Part shown: piece after piece, positions 19,094 to 29,592 of the stretch
How positions within the stretch are numbered: the stretch's first letter is position 1
Layout: the number at the start of each line of letters is the position of its first letter
NCBI GenBank assembly: GCA_046566325.1
Contig: JBKHWX010000236.1
Span: 1 to 47,286 of the forward strand
Source: Actinomycetes bacterium
Lineage (GTDB): Bacteria; Actinomycetota; Actinomycetes; Actinomycetales; BWSM-131
Length of the DNA: 47,286 bases
Reading direction: 5' to 3'
Position numbers and translations under genes: made by a program
Notes under the pieces: generated by a model
Told to the model about the DNA's origin: nothing
Databases searched by the model: none
Seen by the model: only the letters and a program-made list of their open reading frames with translations

Positions 19094-20925
19094 GGCAGCC
19101 GATCGACCCCCTCGCTCTCCAGTCGGGCCTGCACCCGGGACACCTCGCGGAACACGGATCGTAGGTGGCGCCGTGTGAGCGGATCCAGCGTGCGCGGGTC
19201 CAGGTGGTACCCGAGGCTGCGGCTGGCCTGCGTGGCGTCGGACCGGCTCGCCTCGGACCGGAGCGCCACCACCTGGTGCCGCAACAGCAGGTTGTAGATC
19301 AGCTCGAAGGCGCCGAGCAGGTTGTCGGTCTCGTCAGCAGCCAACATCCCGCTGTCCTGCCCGCGTCGCAGACGGTCGGGGGTGGAGCCGGCGGTCTCAC
19401 CGGTAACCAGGGCGACCCACCGCCCGATCGACGCGATCGGGGTCAGGCCTCGCCTCCGCAGGTCCAACAGGCCGCGGTGCTCTCCCGAGTGCTCGGCCAC
19501 GAGGCCGCGCACGAAACCGACCGGGGGTTTCACCGCGAGCGTCGCCTTCAGCAGCATGGCGAGGACGTCGCGGGAGTACGGCCGCCGGGCATTCCCTTCG
19601 ACCACGGCTAGGCCGATCGCGACATCGGTGACCGGCCTGAGGTCGGTCGCTACGCCCATGAGCAGGGGCTGGTCGCGGTCCGGACTCTGCTGCCACCGGT
19701 CTGCCAGGCCCGCCCATCCGCTGATGGACCGGCTGTAGTAGGGGTTGCTGGCGTTGATGCCGACCGCACACCGTCGCAGCCCGCACTGCTCCAGCCGGGC
19801 CAGCACACGGTCGGCCCGCTCCCGGTGGCCGTGCCCCGGGTCGGGCGCAGCCGGTGCCGCGTCGGGCCAGGCCATGGCCGTATCCACGTCGGATCCGAGC
19901 AACGGCTCGAACCGGGCGGTCGAGCCGAGCAGCAGCCAGGAGCACGGCGGGTCCTCCGCCTCATGGGCCAGTTCCACCAACTTGCGCAGCAAGGCGTCCC
20001 GCACGGCTGTGAGCAGCCGACCGACCCGTTCGGCTGAAAGGCCGGACTCGACCAGCTCGATAGAGGTGGACGGCAGCAGCGTCGCCGCGTCAACGAGCTG
20101 GGGCATGGAGGAGGCGCTCTCGATCGCTGCGCGGACGATCAGTGGGTCGCGCATGTCGGCGGCGGCGAGGTCGATTGCGCGGACCACGCCGACCACCCGC
20201 CGCGCGCCGTCGACAACCACAAGGTGATGCACCCCCAGATCGACCATCCGCACGTAGGCCTGGCCCCGGGTGGTCTCGGTCTGGACGGTGAACACCGGAG
20301 CTACAGCGATGTCGACGACCCGCGCGTCGGCGGCGACAATCCCGCAGGCCCGGCGGAAGCTGGCGTCGGTGACGATCCCGATGCCCTGGGGCATGTGTAC
20401 CAACGCGCAGGAGTGACCCACGTCGGTGATCCGGGCAGCGGCCTCCGCAAGCGTGTCTTCAGGATGTACCCAGACCACGGGCCGCAGGTACCGGCCGACC
20501 GGCTGCTGCTCGGCATCCAACGCGGCGTCCTGCACGGCGCGTGTGCGTACATGCGGCGACCCATAGTTCTGGAACCGCAGCCGCTTCGGGTCCGACACGA
20601 GCAGGCGCGGGTCGGGCAGCCGGTAGAACAGCGTGTCCTCGCTCGTTCGCACCGTCAGCGGCGGCGGCAGGCCGGAGAGCATCGAGATGTGGCCGACAAC
20701 GTCGCCAGGCCCGAGCTGGTCGACCACCCGCCCGCGATCGACCACGTCCACCGCGCCCTTGCGGATGAGGTAGAGGTGGTCCAGCACGGATTCGCCAGCG
20801 CTGATCACCTCGGTGCCCGCTGGTATGTACTCCACCTCGATGTGCCGCGCAAGTGCCTCCAGGTCGGGGGCGGCGAGCCCGTCGAACGGCGCCTGCTCCT
20901 TGAGGAAGTCGATGTACTGGCGCAC
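19090..20925 (-). CDS. cNMP-binding / tandem CBS / DUF294 nucleotidyltransferase protein (paralog 2)
   Basis: Same architecture as paralog 1. The NTase motif is LLGSTARFEPLLGSDVDTA, with Ala in place of the second Gly. Confidence 0.8.
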   Translation of the reverse strand: MRQYIDFLKEQAPFDGLAAPDLEALARHIEVEYIPAGTEVISAGESVLDHLYLIRKGAVDVVDRGRVVDQLGPGDVVGHISMLSGLPPPLTVRTSEDTLFYRLPDPRLLVSDPKRLRFQNYGSPHVRTRAVQDAALDAEQQPVGRYLRPVVWVHPEDTLAEAAARITDVGHSCALVHMPQGIGIVTDASFRRACGIVAADARVVDIAVAPVFTVQTETTRGQAYVRMVDLGVHHLVVVDGARRVVGVVRAIDLAAADMRDPLIVRAAIESASSMPQLVDAATLLPSTSIELVESGLSAERVGRLLTAVRDALLRKLVELAHEAEDPPCSWLLLGSTARFEPLLGSDVDTAMAWPDAAPAAPDPGHGHRERADRVLARLEQCGLRRCAVGINASNPYYSRSISGWAGLADRWQQSPDRDQPLLMGVATDLRPVTDVAIGLAVVEGNARRPYSRDVLAMLLKATLAVKPPVGFVRGLVAEHSGEHRGLLDLRRRGLTPIASIGRWVALVTGETAGSTPDRLRRGQDSGMLAADETDNLLGAFELIYNLLLRHQVVALRSEASRSDATQASRSLGYHLDPRTLDPLTRRHLRSVFREVSRVQARLESEGVDRLP

Positions 20926-20991
20926 CGTGCCTCCGGGCTGGCTCCTTCAGACCCTCGTGTCGAGAAACTGTGCCAGGCGGTCCCGCCTACG

Positions 20992-23409
<2,418 letters not shown>

Positions 23410-23472
23410 GGCGTTCCCTTCGTCAGGCGGCGTCGCCGCGGGTGGGGGATCCAGGGTCGGTGGTACGAGGGC

Positions 23473-24309
23473 CTAGCCGAGGTCCTCGAGGTGGCTGGTC
23501 TGCATGATGACGGCTGATATCTCCTCCACCGACATGGAGGAGGAGTTGACCGAGGGTATCCGGTGGGCCCGGTACAGCGCCTCGGCGCGGCGGAGCTCGT
23601 AGCTGCACTGACCGAGGCTGGCGTACGAGGACCCCGGCCGCCGTTCGCCCCGAACCTGGCTGAGGCGGGCCGCGGTCGACAGCAGGCCGAAGCACCTCGC
23701 CGCGTAGCCCCGGATCGGCCGAGGCAGGTCCCCGCTCGCGAAGTCCTCCTCCACCAGGGGGTAGTTGGCCACCTTGAGGCCGTGCTGCAGGGCGAGGTAC
23801 ATGGACGTCGGCGTCTTGCCGCACCTCGACGGTGCGATCAGGATGAGGTCCGCCTGCTCGAGGTTCCGCAGGCTCGCGCCGTCGTCGTGCTCCATCGAGA
23901 ACTCGATGGCCTTCATCCTCGCGTCGTAGCGGCGGGGGTCGCCGAGACCGTGCAGGGAGCCCGCTCGGTGCGTCGCGTTGACGTGCAGCACGCGTTCGAC
24001 CGAGTCCAGGTGCGAGCCGAACAGGTCGATGAACGCGCACCGCGTCCGCTGCAGCTCCCCCCGTATCTCCTTGTCCGAGACGGTGGAGAACGCGAGCGGC
24101 GTGACCGAGTCGGTGATCGCCGCGTCCAGCTCCTTCACCACCTGGCGCGCCTGGTCGACGGTGGTGATGAAGGGGATCTTGCGTCGGACGAAGGTCACGC
24201 TCGGGAACTGCTGCAACATCATGTTTCCCAGCGTCTCGGCCGAGATGCCGGTGCCGCCGGCGAGGAAGAACACGGGAGTGGGCTTGCTCGGCGTCCCGTT
24301 CACGGGCAC
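23473..24309 (-). CDS. ppsR: PEP synthase regulatory protein (bifunctional kinase/pyrophosphorylase, DUF299)
   Basis: VFFLAGGTGISAETLGNMMLQQFP..., P-loop LIAPSRCGKTPTSMYLA. Directly upstream of ppsA and co-directional with it. Confidence 0.85.
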   Translation of the reverse strand: MPVNGTPSKPTPVFFLAGGTGISAETLGNMMLQQFPSVTFVRRKIPFITTVDQARQVVKELDAAITDSVTPLAFSTVSDKEIRGELQRTRCAFIDLFGSHLDSVERVLHVNATHRAGSLHGLGDPRRYDARMKAIEFSMEHDDGASLRNLEQADLILIAPSRCGKTPTSMYLALQHGLKVANYPLVEEDFASGDLPRPIRGYAARCFGLLSTAARLSQVRGERRPGSSYASLGQCSYELRRAEALYRAHRIPSVNSSSMSVEEISAVIMQTSHLEDLG

Positions 24310-24454
24310 AGCCTGCCACGGCGACGCCTCCGCGGACGCGCCGTGACGTCGTCCTCACCGGCTTCGCTCGCGGTCGAGCGGAACGCTGCTGGACGAGGCG
24401 AGGACGACGTACGGTCCGCATGCCTGCCGCGGGACGCCGCACTAGCGTCGCGGG

Positions 24455-25009
24455 GTGGCCGCGGACAAGCAGGGGCCTCAGCCGCGAGGTGAGGTCGGAC
24501 GCAACCCCGTCTCCGGCCGGTTCGAGACCGAGGAGGAGCGGCTCGACCGCAACTACCACGAGCTGCTGCAGGAGCTGCGGGTCGCCCAGACCGGCACCCA
24601 GATCCTGTTCGCCTTCCTGCTCACCGTCTCGTTCTCGCCGCTGCTGAAGGCGGCCGACGACTTCGCCCACCGCCTCCTCGCCGTCGCGATCCTGGCGTGC
24701 GCGGGCGCGACGGGTCTGATCATCGCGCCCGTGGCGTTCCACCGGCTCGTGTTCCACCGCGGCCTGAAGTCCACGCTGGTCACGGTCGCGTCACGGCTGG
24801 CCCAGGCCGGTCTGGCGCTGCTGCTGGTCGCGCTCCTCGCGACCTGCCTGCTGGCCCTCGACGCCGTGCTCTCCCGCGGCTGGGCGCTCGTCCTCACCGG
24901 CATCACGAGCCTGTGGTTCATCGGCTTCTGGTACCTGCTGCCGCTGACCGTCAGGCGGCGCCACGGGGCCGACACGCCACCGGACGAGCGGCCCGATAGC
25001 GTCCGATGA
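24455..25009 (+). CDS. DUF6328-family membrane protein
   Basis: RNYHELLQELRVAQTGTQILFAFLLTVSFS signature plus further TM segments. GTG start. Confidence 0.7.
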   Translation: MAADKQGPQPRGEVGRNPVSGRFETEEERLDRNYHELLQELRVAQTGTQILFAFLLTVSFSPLLKAADDFAHRLLAVAILACAGATGLIIAPVAFHRLVFHRGLKSTLVTVASRLAQAGLALLLVALLATCLLALDAVLSRGWALVLTGITSLWFIGFWYLLPLTVRRRHGADTPPDERPDSVR

Positions 25010-25036
25010 GCAGGGTCGCCCGGCCCGGCGGCGGCC

Positions 25037-25101
25037 GTGAGAACCAAGCACTGAGAACCGAGAAGTGAGAACCGAGCACTGAGCAGTGAGAACCAAGGAG
25101 G
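25037..25101. repeat. Four copies of TGAGAACC(A/G)AG at ~14-nt spacing in an intergenic leader
   Basis: gTGAGAACCAAGcac TGAGAACCGAGaag TGAGAACCGAGcac tgagcag TGAGAACCAAGgagg. The last copy runs into the AAGGAGG ribosome-binding site of the PEBP gene. Confidence 0.85.
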
Positions 25102-25105
25102 CAGA

Positions 25106-25639
25106 GTGAACCTGGAGCGGCCCGTCGCGCCCGACCCCTACGAGCTGTTGCCGGCCGTCCCCGGCTTCGAGGTGACGAGCACCGACGTGTCGGACGGCGC
25201 CCCGATGGCCGAGCGCCACACGGCGGCGGGCGGCAGCACCTCGCCGCAGCTGTCCTGGTCCGGCTTTCCGGAGGGGACCCGGGGCTTCGTGGTGAGCTGC
25301 TTCGACCCGGACGCTCCCACTCCCGCCGGGTTCTGGCACTGGACCGTCGTGGGCATACCCGCCGACGTGACGGAGCTGCCGACGGGCGCCGGATCGGAGG
25401 GGCTGGAGAGCCTGCCCGAGGACGCGTTCCAGGTCCGCAACGACTCGGGCGCCAAGGCGTACATGGGCGCCGCTCCTCCCGCGGGCGACCGGCCGCATCG
25501 GTACGTCTTCGCCGTCCACGCCCTGGACGTCGACGACCTCGGCCTGGACGACTCTGCCACGCCGACGGTCGTCGCGTTCACGATGCTGGGGCACACGATC
25601 GGCCGGGCCGTGCTCGCGCCCACATACCAGCAGACGTGA
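25106..25639 (+). CDS. YbhB/YbcL-family PEBP (Raf-kinase-inhibitor-like) protein
   Basis: [36 protein letters not shown]...[18 protein letters not shown] start with an AAGGAGG ribosome-binding site. Confidence 0.85.
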   Translation: MNLERPVAPDPYELLPAVPGFEVTSTDVSDGAPMAERHTAAGGSTSPQLSWSGFPEGTRGFVVSCFDPDAPTPAGFWHWTVVGIPADVTELPTGAGSEGLESLPEDAFQVRNDSGAKAYMGAAPPAGDRPHRYVFAVHALDVDDLGLDDSATPTVVAFTMLGHTIGRAVLAPTYQQT

Positions 25640-26172
25640 CCGCCCGGCTGCAGCTGCACTGGCTCCCGGCGCTGGACCATCCCGAGCTGCTGGCCGACCC
25701 GGTCGCCGCCGCACTGCGGGCATGGCCGCTGGCGGACCGCGTGATGGTCACCGAGATCGACCCCGACCTCGCGGACACCCAGGCGATGAGCGAGGCCTAT
25801 GACATCGACCTGTCGTGCTCGGCCAACTGCGTCGTGGTCGACGGCAAGCGGGCGGGTGAGGTACGGGTCGCCGCGTGCGTCGTCCTCGCCACGACGCGCG
25901 CCGACGTGAACAACCTCGTCAAGCGCAGGCTCGACGTCCGCAAGGCCTCGTTTCTGTCCGTGGACGACGCGGTGGCCGGCTCGCGCATGGAGTACGGAGG
26001 CATCACGCCGGTCGGGCTGCCCGACTCGTGGAGCCTGCTCGTCGACGCGGCCGTGACCGCTACCGACGAGGTGATCATCGGCAGCGGCGTCCGCCGCTCG
26101 AAGCTGCTCCTGCCGGGAAGCGTGCTCGCCGAGTACCCGGGGGCGGAGGTGGTGCAGGGGCTGGGCATCTGA
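25636..26172 (+). CDS. YbaK/EbsC-family aminoacyl-tRNA deacylase-like protein
   Basis: [12 protein letters not shown]...[28 protein letters not shown]. It overlaps the upstream gene by 4 nt. Confidence 0.7.
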   Translation: MTARLQLHWLPALDHPELLADPVAAALRAWPLADRVMVTEIDPDLADTQAMSEAYDIDLSCSANCVVVDGKRAGEVRVAACVVLATTRADVNNLVKRRLDVRKASFLSVDDAVAGSRMEYGGITPVGLPDSWSLLVDAAVTATDEVIIGSGVRRSKLLLPGSVLAEYPGAEVVQGLGI

Positions 26173-26367
26173 ACCGGCCCCCGCGGCTCCCGGCCCGGTG
26201 GCGACCGCACCCTTCCCGTCCTGGCCTGCCGCTCCACTCGACAACCACTATGTTGACTGCCAGTCGCATTCAGTTGTGACACTGGTGGGTGAGCCGAGGA
26301 AGCCGGTGCCAGAGGCACGCCGGGACGACGGGGGTAAGGCGCGTGCACCAATACCAGGACCGGGCGC

Positions 26368-26817
26368 ATGCCTGAGTCAGGAAGCCCGTTCGACTTCGGC
26401 CGCTACGGGGAGCCCGGCGAACCGAATCCTCACGTCGCCCGTTCGCCGTTCTCCGAGCCGACGCAGGACCGGACCTCGGGCTTCTGGTCCACCGCCGACC
26501 AGGCGCCCGCGGCGGTATCCGTCGGCAGGCCGCCCCTCCTCTGGGTCGCGCTGGGACTCGCGACCGCAGTGGTCGGGACGGTGGTGGCGGCCGTCTGGGG
26601 CCGCATGCTGCCGCTCGCCCTGCTGGGGTGGCTGTTCGCCGGCCCGACCGCGATCGGGCTCCTGGCCCTCTTCACCGCACGGGACACGGCGCAGCGCGCG
26701 CGTCCCGTCTACGCAAGCCCCACGTGGGTGTCGCTCGCCTACTGGGCATCGCTCGCCGTCGCCCTGCTCGGCCTGCTGCTCGCCGCGTACCACATCGCGG
26801 ATGTGGTGGCGCGGTGA
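26368..26817 (+). CDS. Small membrane protein, first gene of the tubulin/vWA/GTPase operon. Cytoplasmic N-tail with an SPFDF motif, followed by ~3 TM helices.
   Basis: MPESGSPFDFGRYGEPGEP..., then hydrophobic stretches LLWVALGLATAVVGTVVAAVW, LPLALLGWLFAGPTAIGLLALF and WVSLAYWASLAVALLGLLLAAY. I do not recognise a family. Confidence 0.6.
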   Translation: MPESGSPFDFGRYGEPGEPNPHVARSPFSEPTQDRTSGFWSTADQAPAAVSVGRPPLLWVALGLATAVVGTVVAAVWGRMLPLALLGWLFAGPTAIGLLALFTARDTAQRARPVYASPTWVSLAYWASLAVALLGLLLAAYHIADVVAR

Positions 26818-29543
26818 CCGCGCCTGCTCGCCGAGCTGGGATCGGGCTGCTGACGGTGGCGCTCGCCGTCCTGCTGGCGGTCCCCGGGCTGTCCCTCGAG
26901 CCGGCACTGTCTGTCGAAGCGGTGGACCCGGCTCCGGCGGCCGGCGGCACGCAGACGGACCTCACGCCGGTCCAGCGGTACGGGTCGTGCCTGACGGGGC
27001 ACGGCGAGGGTGACCTCCTCCTGCTGATGGACGAGTCGGGCAGTCTCAAGGACACCGACCCCCACGCCGCCCGGGTCGCCGCGGCCCGCTACCTGCTCGA
27101 ACGGCTCGCTCGCCTGGCCGCGCGGTCGGGCACGACCATCAACGTCGGCATCGCGGGCTTCAGCGACAGCTTCGCGTCCTCGGTCAGCTGGCAGGCGCTC
27201 GACCCCACCTCCCTGCCCACGATCTCCGAGCAGGTGGACGAGTACCGCAACAGGAACGGGGGGAACGACACCGACTACTGGTGGGCGCTGGAGGGCTCCC
27301 GCCGAGAGCTCGCCAAGCAGGCCCACGGAGCGGTGGACCGCTGCCAGGCCATCGCGTGGTTCTCGGACGGGAAGCTCGACGTCGCAGTACCCAGGACGCC
27401 GTGGGGGCGAGCCCACTTCCCCGCCGAGAAGCCGTACGCCGCCGGGGTCGACCTGAGCGCTCCGAACGCGAAACAAGCCGTCACCGAGGCAGCGACCCAG
27501 GCCCTCTGCGAGAAGGGAGGGCTCGCCGACCAGCTGCGGAAGTCGGGGATCCTCGTGTTCGGGGTCGGGCTGGCTCCCGACGCCGCGAGCGACGCCGACT
27601 TCGACCTCATGCAGTCGCTCACCACCGGTACCGACCAGGCCGGCGGCTCCTGCGGGGCGGTCACGAGCCCGCCGCCCGGCGTGTTCTCCCTCGCCCGCGA
27701 CCTCGACGACATGCTGTGGGCCTTCGACGAGCTCGCGGGCTCCGGCCGGACGACGACCGGCGACGTCCACCCGTTCGTCGTCGACTCCTCGATCAGCGCC
27801 GTCCACGTGCTCGGCTCGTCGGGCGTCGAGAACGTCGAGGCCGAGCTGACCCTGCCGTCGGGTCGTGTCGTGTCCCTCGCCCGCACTCCCGACGGCGCCG
27901 GTCGCACCCTCGACCTGGACGGGGTGCACGCCACGTACAGCTGGAAGACCGCACACACGGTCGAGATGGACCTCGCGCGTCCGGACGCCGGCGTGAGCAC
28001 ATGGACGGGCGTCTGGCAGCTTCGGTTCGTCGACCCGGCAGCCGGCTCCGCGGACCCGTCGTCCCGGTCCCGCATCGAGATCAGCGGCGACCTGCAGCCG
28101 AGCTGGTCCGCAGCCGGTACCACCACCCTCCACTCGGGACAGGTGCTCTCCGGCATCAGGTTCGGGCTGGTGAACGGAGCCGGGACGGAGGTGGACCCGT
28201 CGACCGTTCCCGGCGCCGTCACGCTCAGCGCCGTCCTGCTCGACCCGAGCGGCGACGAGGTCGCCGTGACGCCGGGCCAGGAGAAGCCGCAGATCGGGAC
28301 GCCGGTCGACCTCGACCTGACGCACGTGGAGCCCGGGAGGGCAACCCTGCGGCTGACGCTGCTCATGACGACGGCGGACGCCGTGGCACCGGACGGCACC
28401 CCGACACCCGGGACGACGCTCCAGCCCAAGTCCGTCAGTCTCCCCGTCGAGGTGAGGCCGCCCCTCAACTACCCCTCCGTCGCGCCGGTCCTGGACTTCG
28501 GCCTCAACACCGGGCCGGTCCGCAAGCAGCTGCAGCTGAAGGTGTCGGGCCCCGGCTGCGTCTGGTTCGCCGACCTCTCGAAGCCGACGTTCACCACGAC
28601 GCCGGACGGCGTCGGAGGCCTGACCCTGACCTCCGCGGGCTCCCCGTCGAACCCCGCCGGGTGCCTCGAGGTCGCCGACGGGGAGAGCCGAAACCTGCCG
28701 GTCACCCTCAGCACGAAGGAGGGTGGCAACGGCGACGTCAACGGCTCCGTCACGGTGATGGCGGCACCGCTCGGTGAGGTCGAGCAGGCCATCCCGGTCG
28801 AGGTGACGGTCAAGGCCACGCTCGTCAAGCCGCTCAAGCAGATCGTCTACTGGCCCGTCTTCGTCGCCACGTTCCTGCTGGGGGTCGGCATCCCCCTCGG
28901 GATCGCCTACGCCCTGAAGCTCGCCGGCGCGAGGATTCCGCCGAGGCCGCTGTCCTCGCGACGGATCCGCGTCACCGTCGACGGCGGGAGAGTCCTGCGC
29001 GACGGCCGGCCCCTGAGCCTTCGGGACGACGACTTCGTGACCCTGGTGCCCCTCGACCAGGGCGGGAGCCGGCGTCTGAGCGTCGACGGCGTGGAGCTGC
29101 GGACCACCGCGGGCCTCTCGCCGTTCGGCCCCGCCCACGTCGTGGTCTCGGCTCCCGGCCTGCTCGTCGGGTCGAGCGAACCCGTGGGAACCAGGCGCCG
29201 AGGCCCGGAGGGAGAGACAACGCTGCCGCTCGCCGTCCACAACACCTGGGTTCTGCTGCACGACCGGAAGGGCCCCGCGGACGAGGCGGACCTGCTGCTG
29301 CTGGTGTCGGCCGACACCTCGCCGACCCAGCGCGAGGACCTGCTCGAGAGTGCGCGCGGACGCGTCCCGGCCGTCCTCGACGACCTGCGGCGCCGGGCGG
29401 ACGGCGCGGGTACGGGACGACCCGGAGACGACGACGGGACGCCGCCCCCATCCCCGTTCCGGCCGCAGACGCAGACGCGGCCGCCCGCGCCCCAGGCGTC
29501 GTCCCCGTTCGACTTCCCCGACCTCACTGGAGAGGGCCGATGA
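26814..29543 (+). CDS. Bitopic vWA-domain protein: signal/anchor sequence, extracytoplasmic vWA with complete MIDAS, beta-rich domains, one TM helix, and a ~200-aa cytoplasmic tail
   Basis: GTG at 26814 overlaps the upstream stop (GTGA). N-terminus is RRAGIGLLTVALAVLLAVPG. MIDAS motif DESGS at 27030-27044, then NDTDY and FSDG. TM helix IVYWPVFVATFLLGVGIPLGIAYAL at about 28840-28925. C-terminus is ...SSPFDFPDLTGEGR. Confidence 0.8.
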   Translation: MTAPARRAGIGLLTVALAVLLAVPGLSLEPALSVEAVDPAPAAGGTQTDLTPVQRYGSCLTGHGEGDLLLLMDESGSLKDTDPHAARVAAARYLLERLARLAARSGTTINVGIAGFSDSFASSVSWQALDPTSLPTISEQVDEYRNRNGGNDTDYWWALEGSRRELAKQAHGAVDRCQAIAWFSDGKLDVAVPRTPWGRAHFPAEKPYAAGVDLSAPNAKQAVTEAATQALCEKGGLADQLRKSGILVFGVGLAPDAASDADFDLMQSLTTGTDQAGGSCGAVTSPPPGVFSLARDLDDMLWAFDELAGSGRTTTGDVHPFVVDSSISAVHVLGSSGVENVEAELTLPSGRVVSLARTPDGAGRTLDLDGVHATYSWKTAHTVEMDLARPDAGVSTWTGVWQLRFVDPAAGSADPSSRSRIEISGDLQPSWSAAGTTTLHSGQVLSGIRFGLVNGAGTEVDPSTVPGAVTLSAVLLDPSGDEVAVTPGQEKPQIGTPVDLDLTHVEPGRATLRLTLLMTTADAVAPDGTPTPGTTLQPKSVSLPVEVRPPLNYPSVAPVLDFGLNTGPVRKQLQLKVSGPGCVWFADLSKPTFTTTPDGVGGLTLTSAGSPSNPAGCLEVADGESRNLPVTLSTKEGGNGDVNGSVTVMAAPLGEVEQAIPVEVTVKATLVKPLKQIVYWPVFVATFLLGVGIPLGIAYALKLAGARIPPRPLSSRRIRVTVDGGRVLRDGRPLSLRDDDFVTLVPLDQGGSRRLSVDGVELRTTAGLSPFGPAHVVVSAPGLLVGSSEPVGTRRRGPEGETTLPLAVHNTWVLLHDRKGPADEADLLLLVSADTSPTQREDLLESARGRVPAVLDDLRRRADGAGTGRPGDDDGTPPPSPFRPQTQTRPPAPQASSPFDFPDLTGEGR

Positions 29544-29592
29544 GCCGCACCGCACGGACAGACCGGCGTGCCCAGAGGAAGGAATCTTCGTC

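Noticed and set aside
24346-24410. 11-bp inverted repeat (ACGTCGTCCTC ... GAGGACGACGT) with a 43-nt spacer in the ppsR / DUF6328 divergent intergenic region.
   Set aside because: It is built from GAC/GTC low-complexity sequence that is abundant throughout this genome, so chance occurrence is plausible. There is no T-tract and no other supporting signal.
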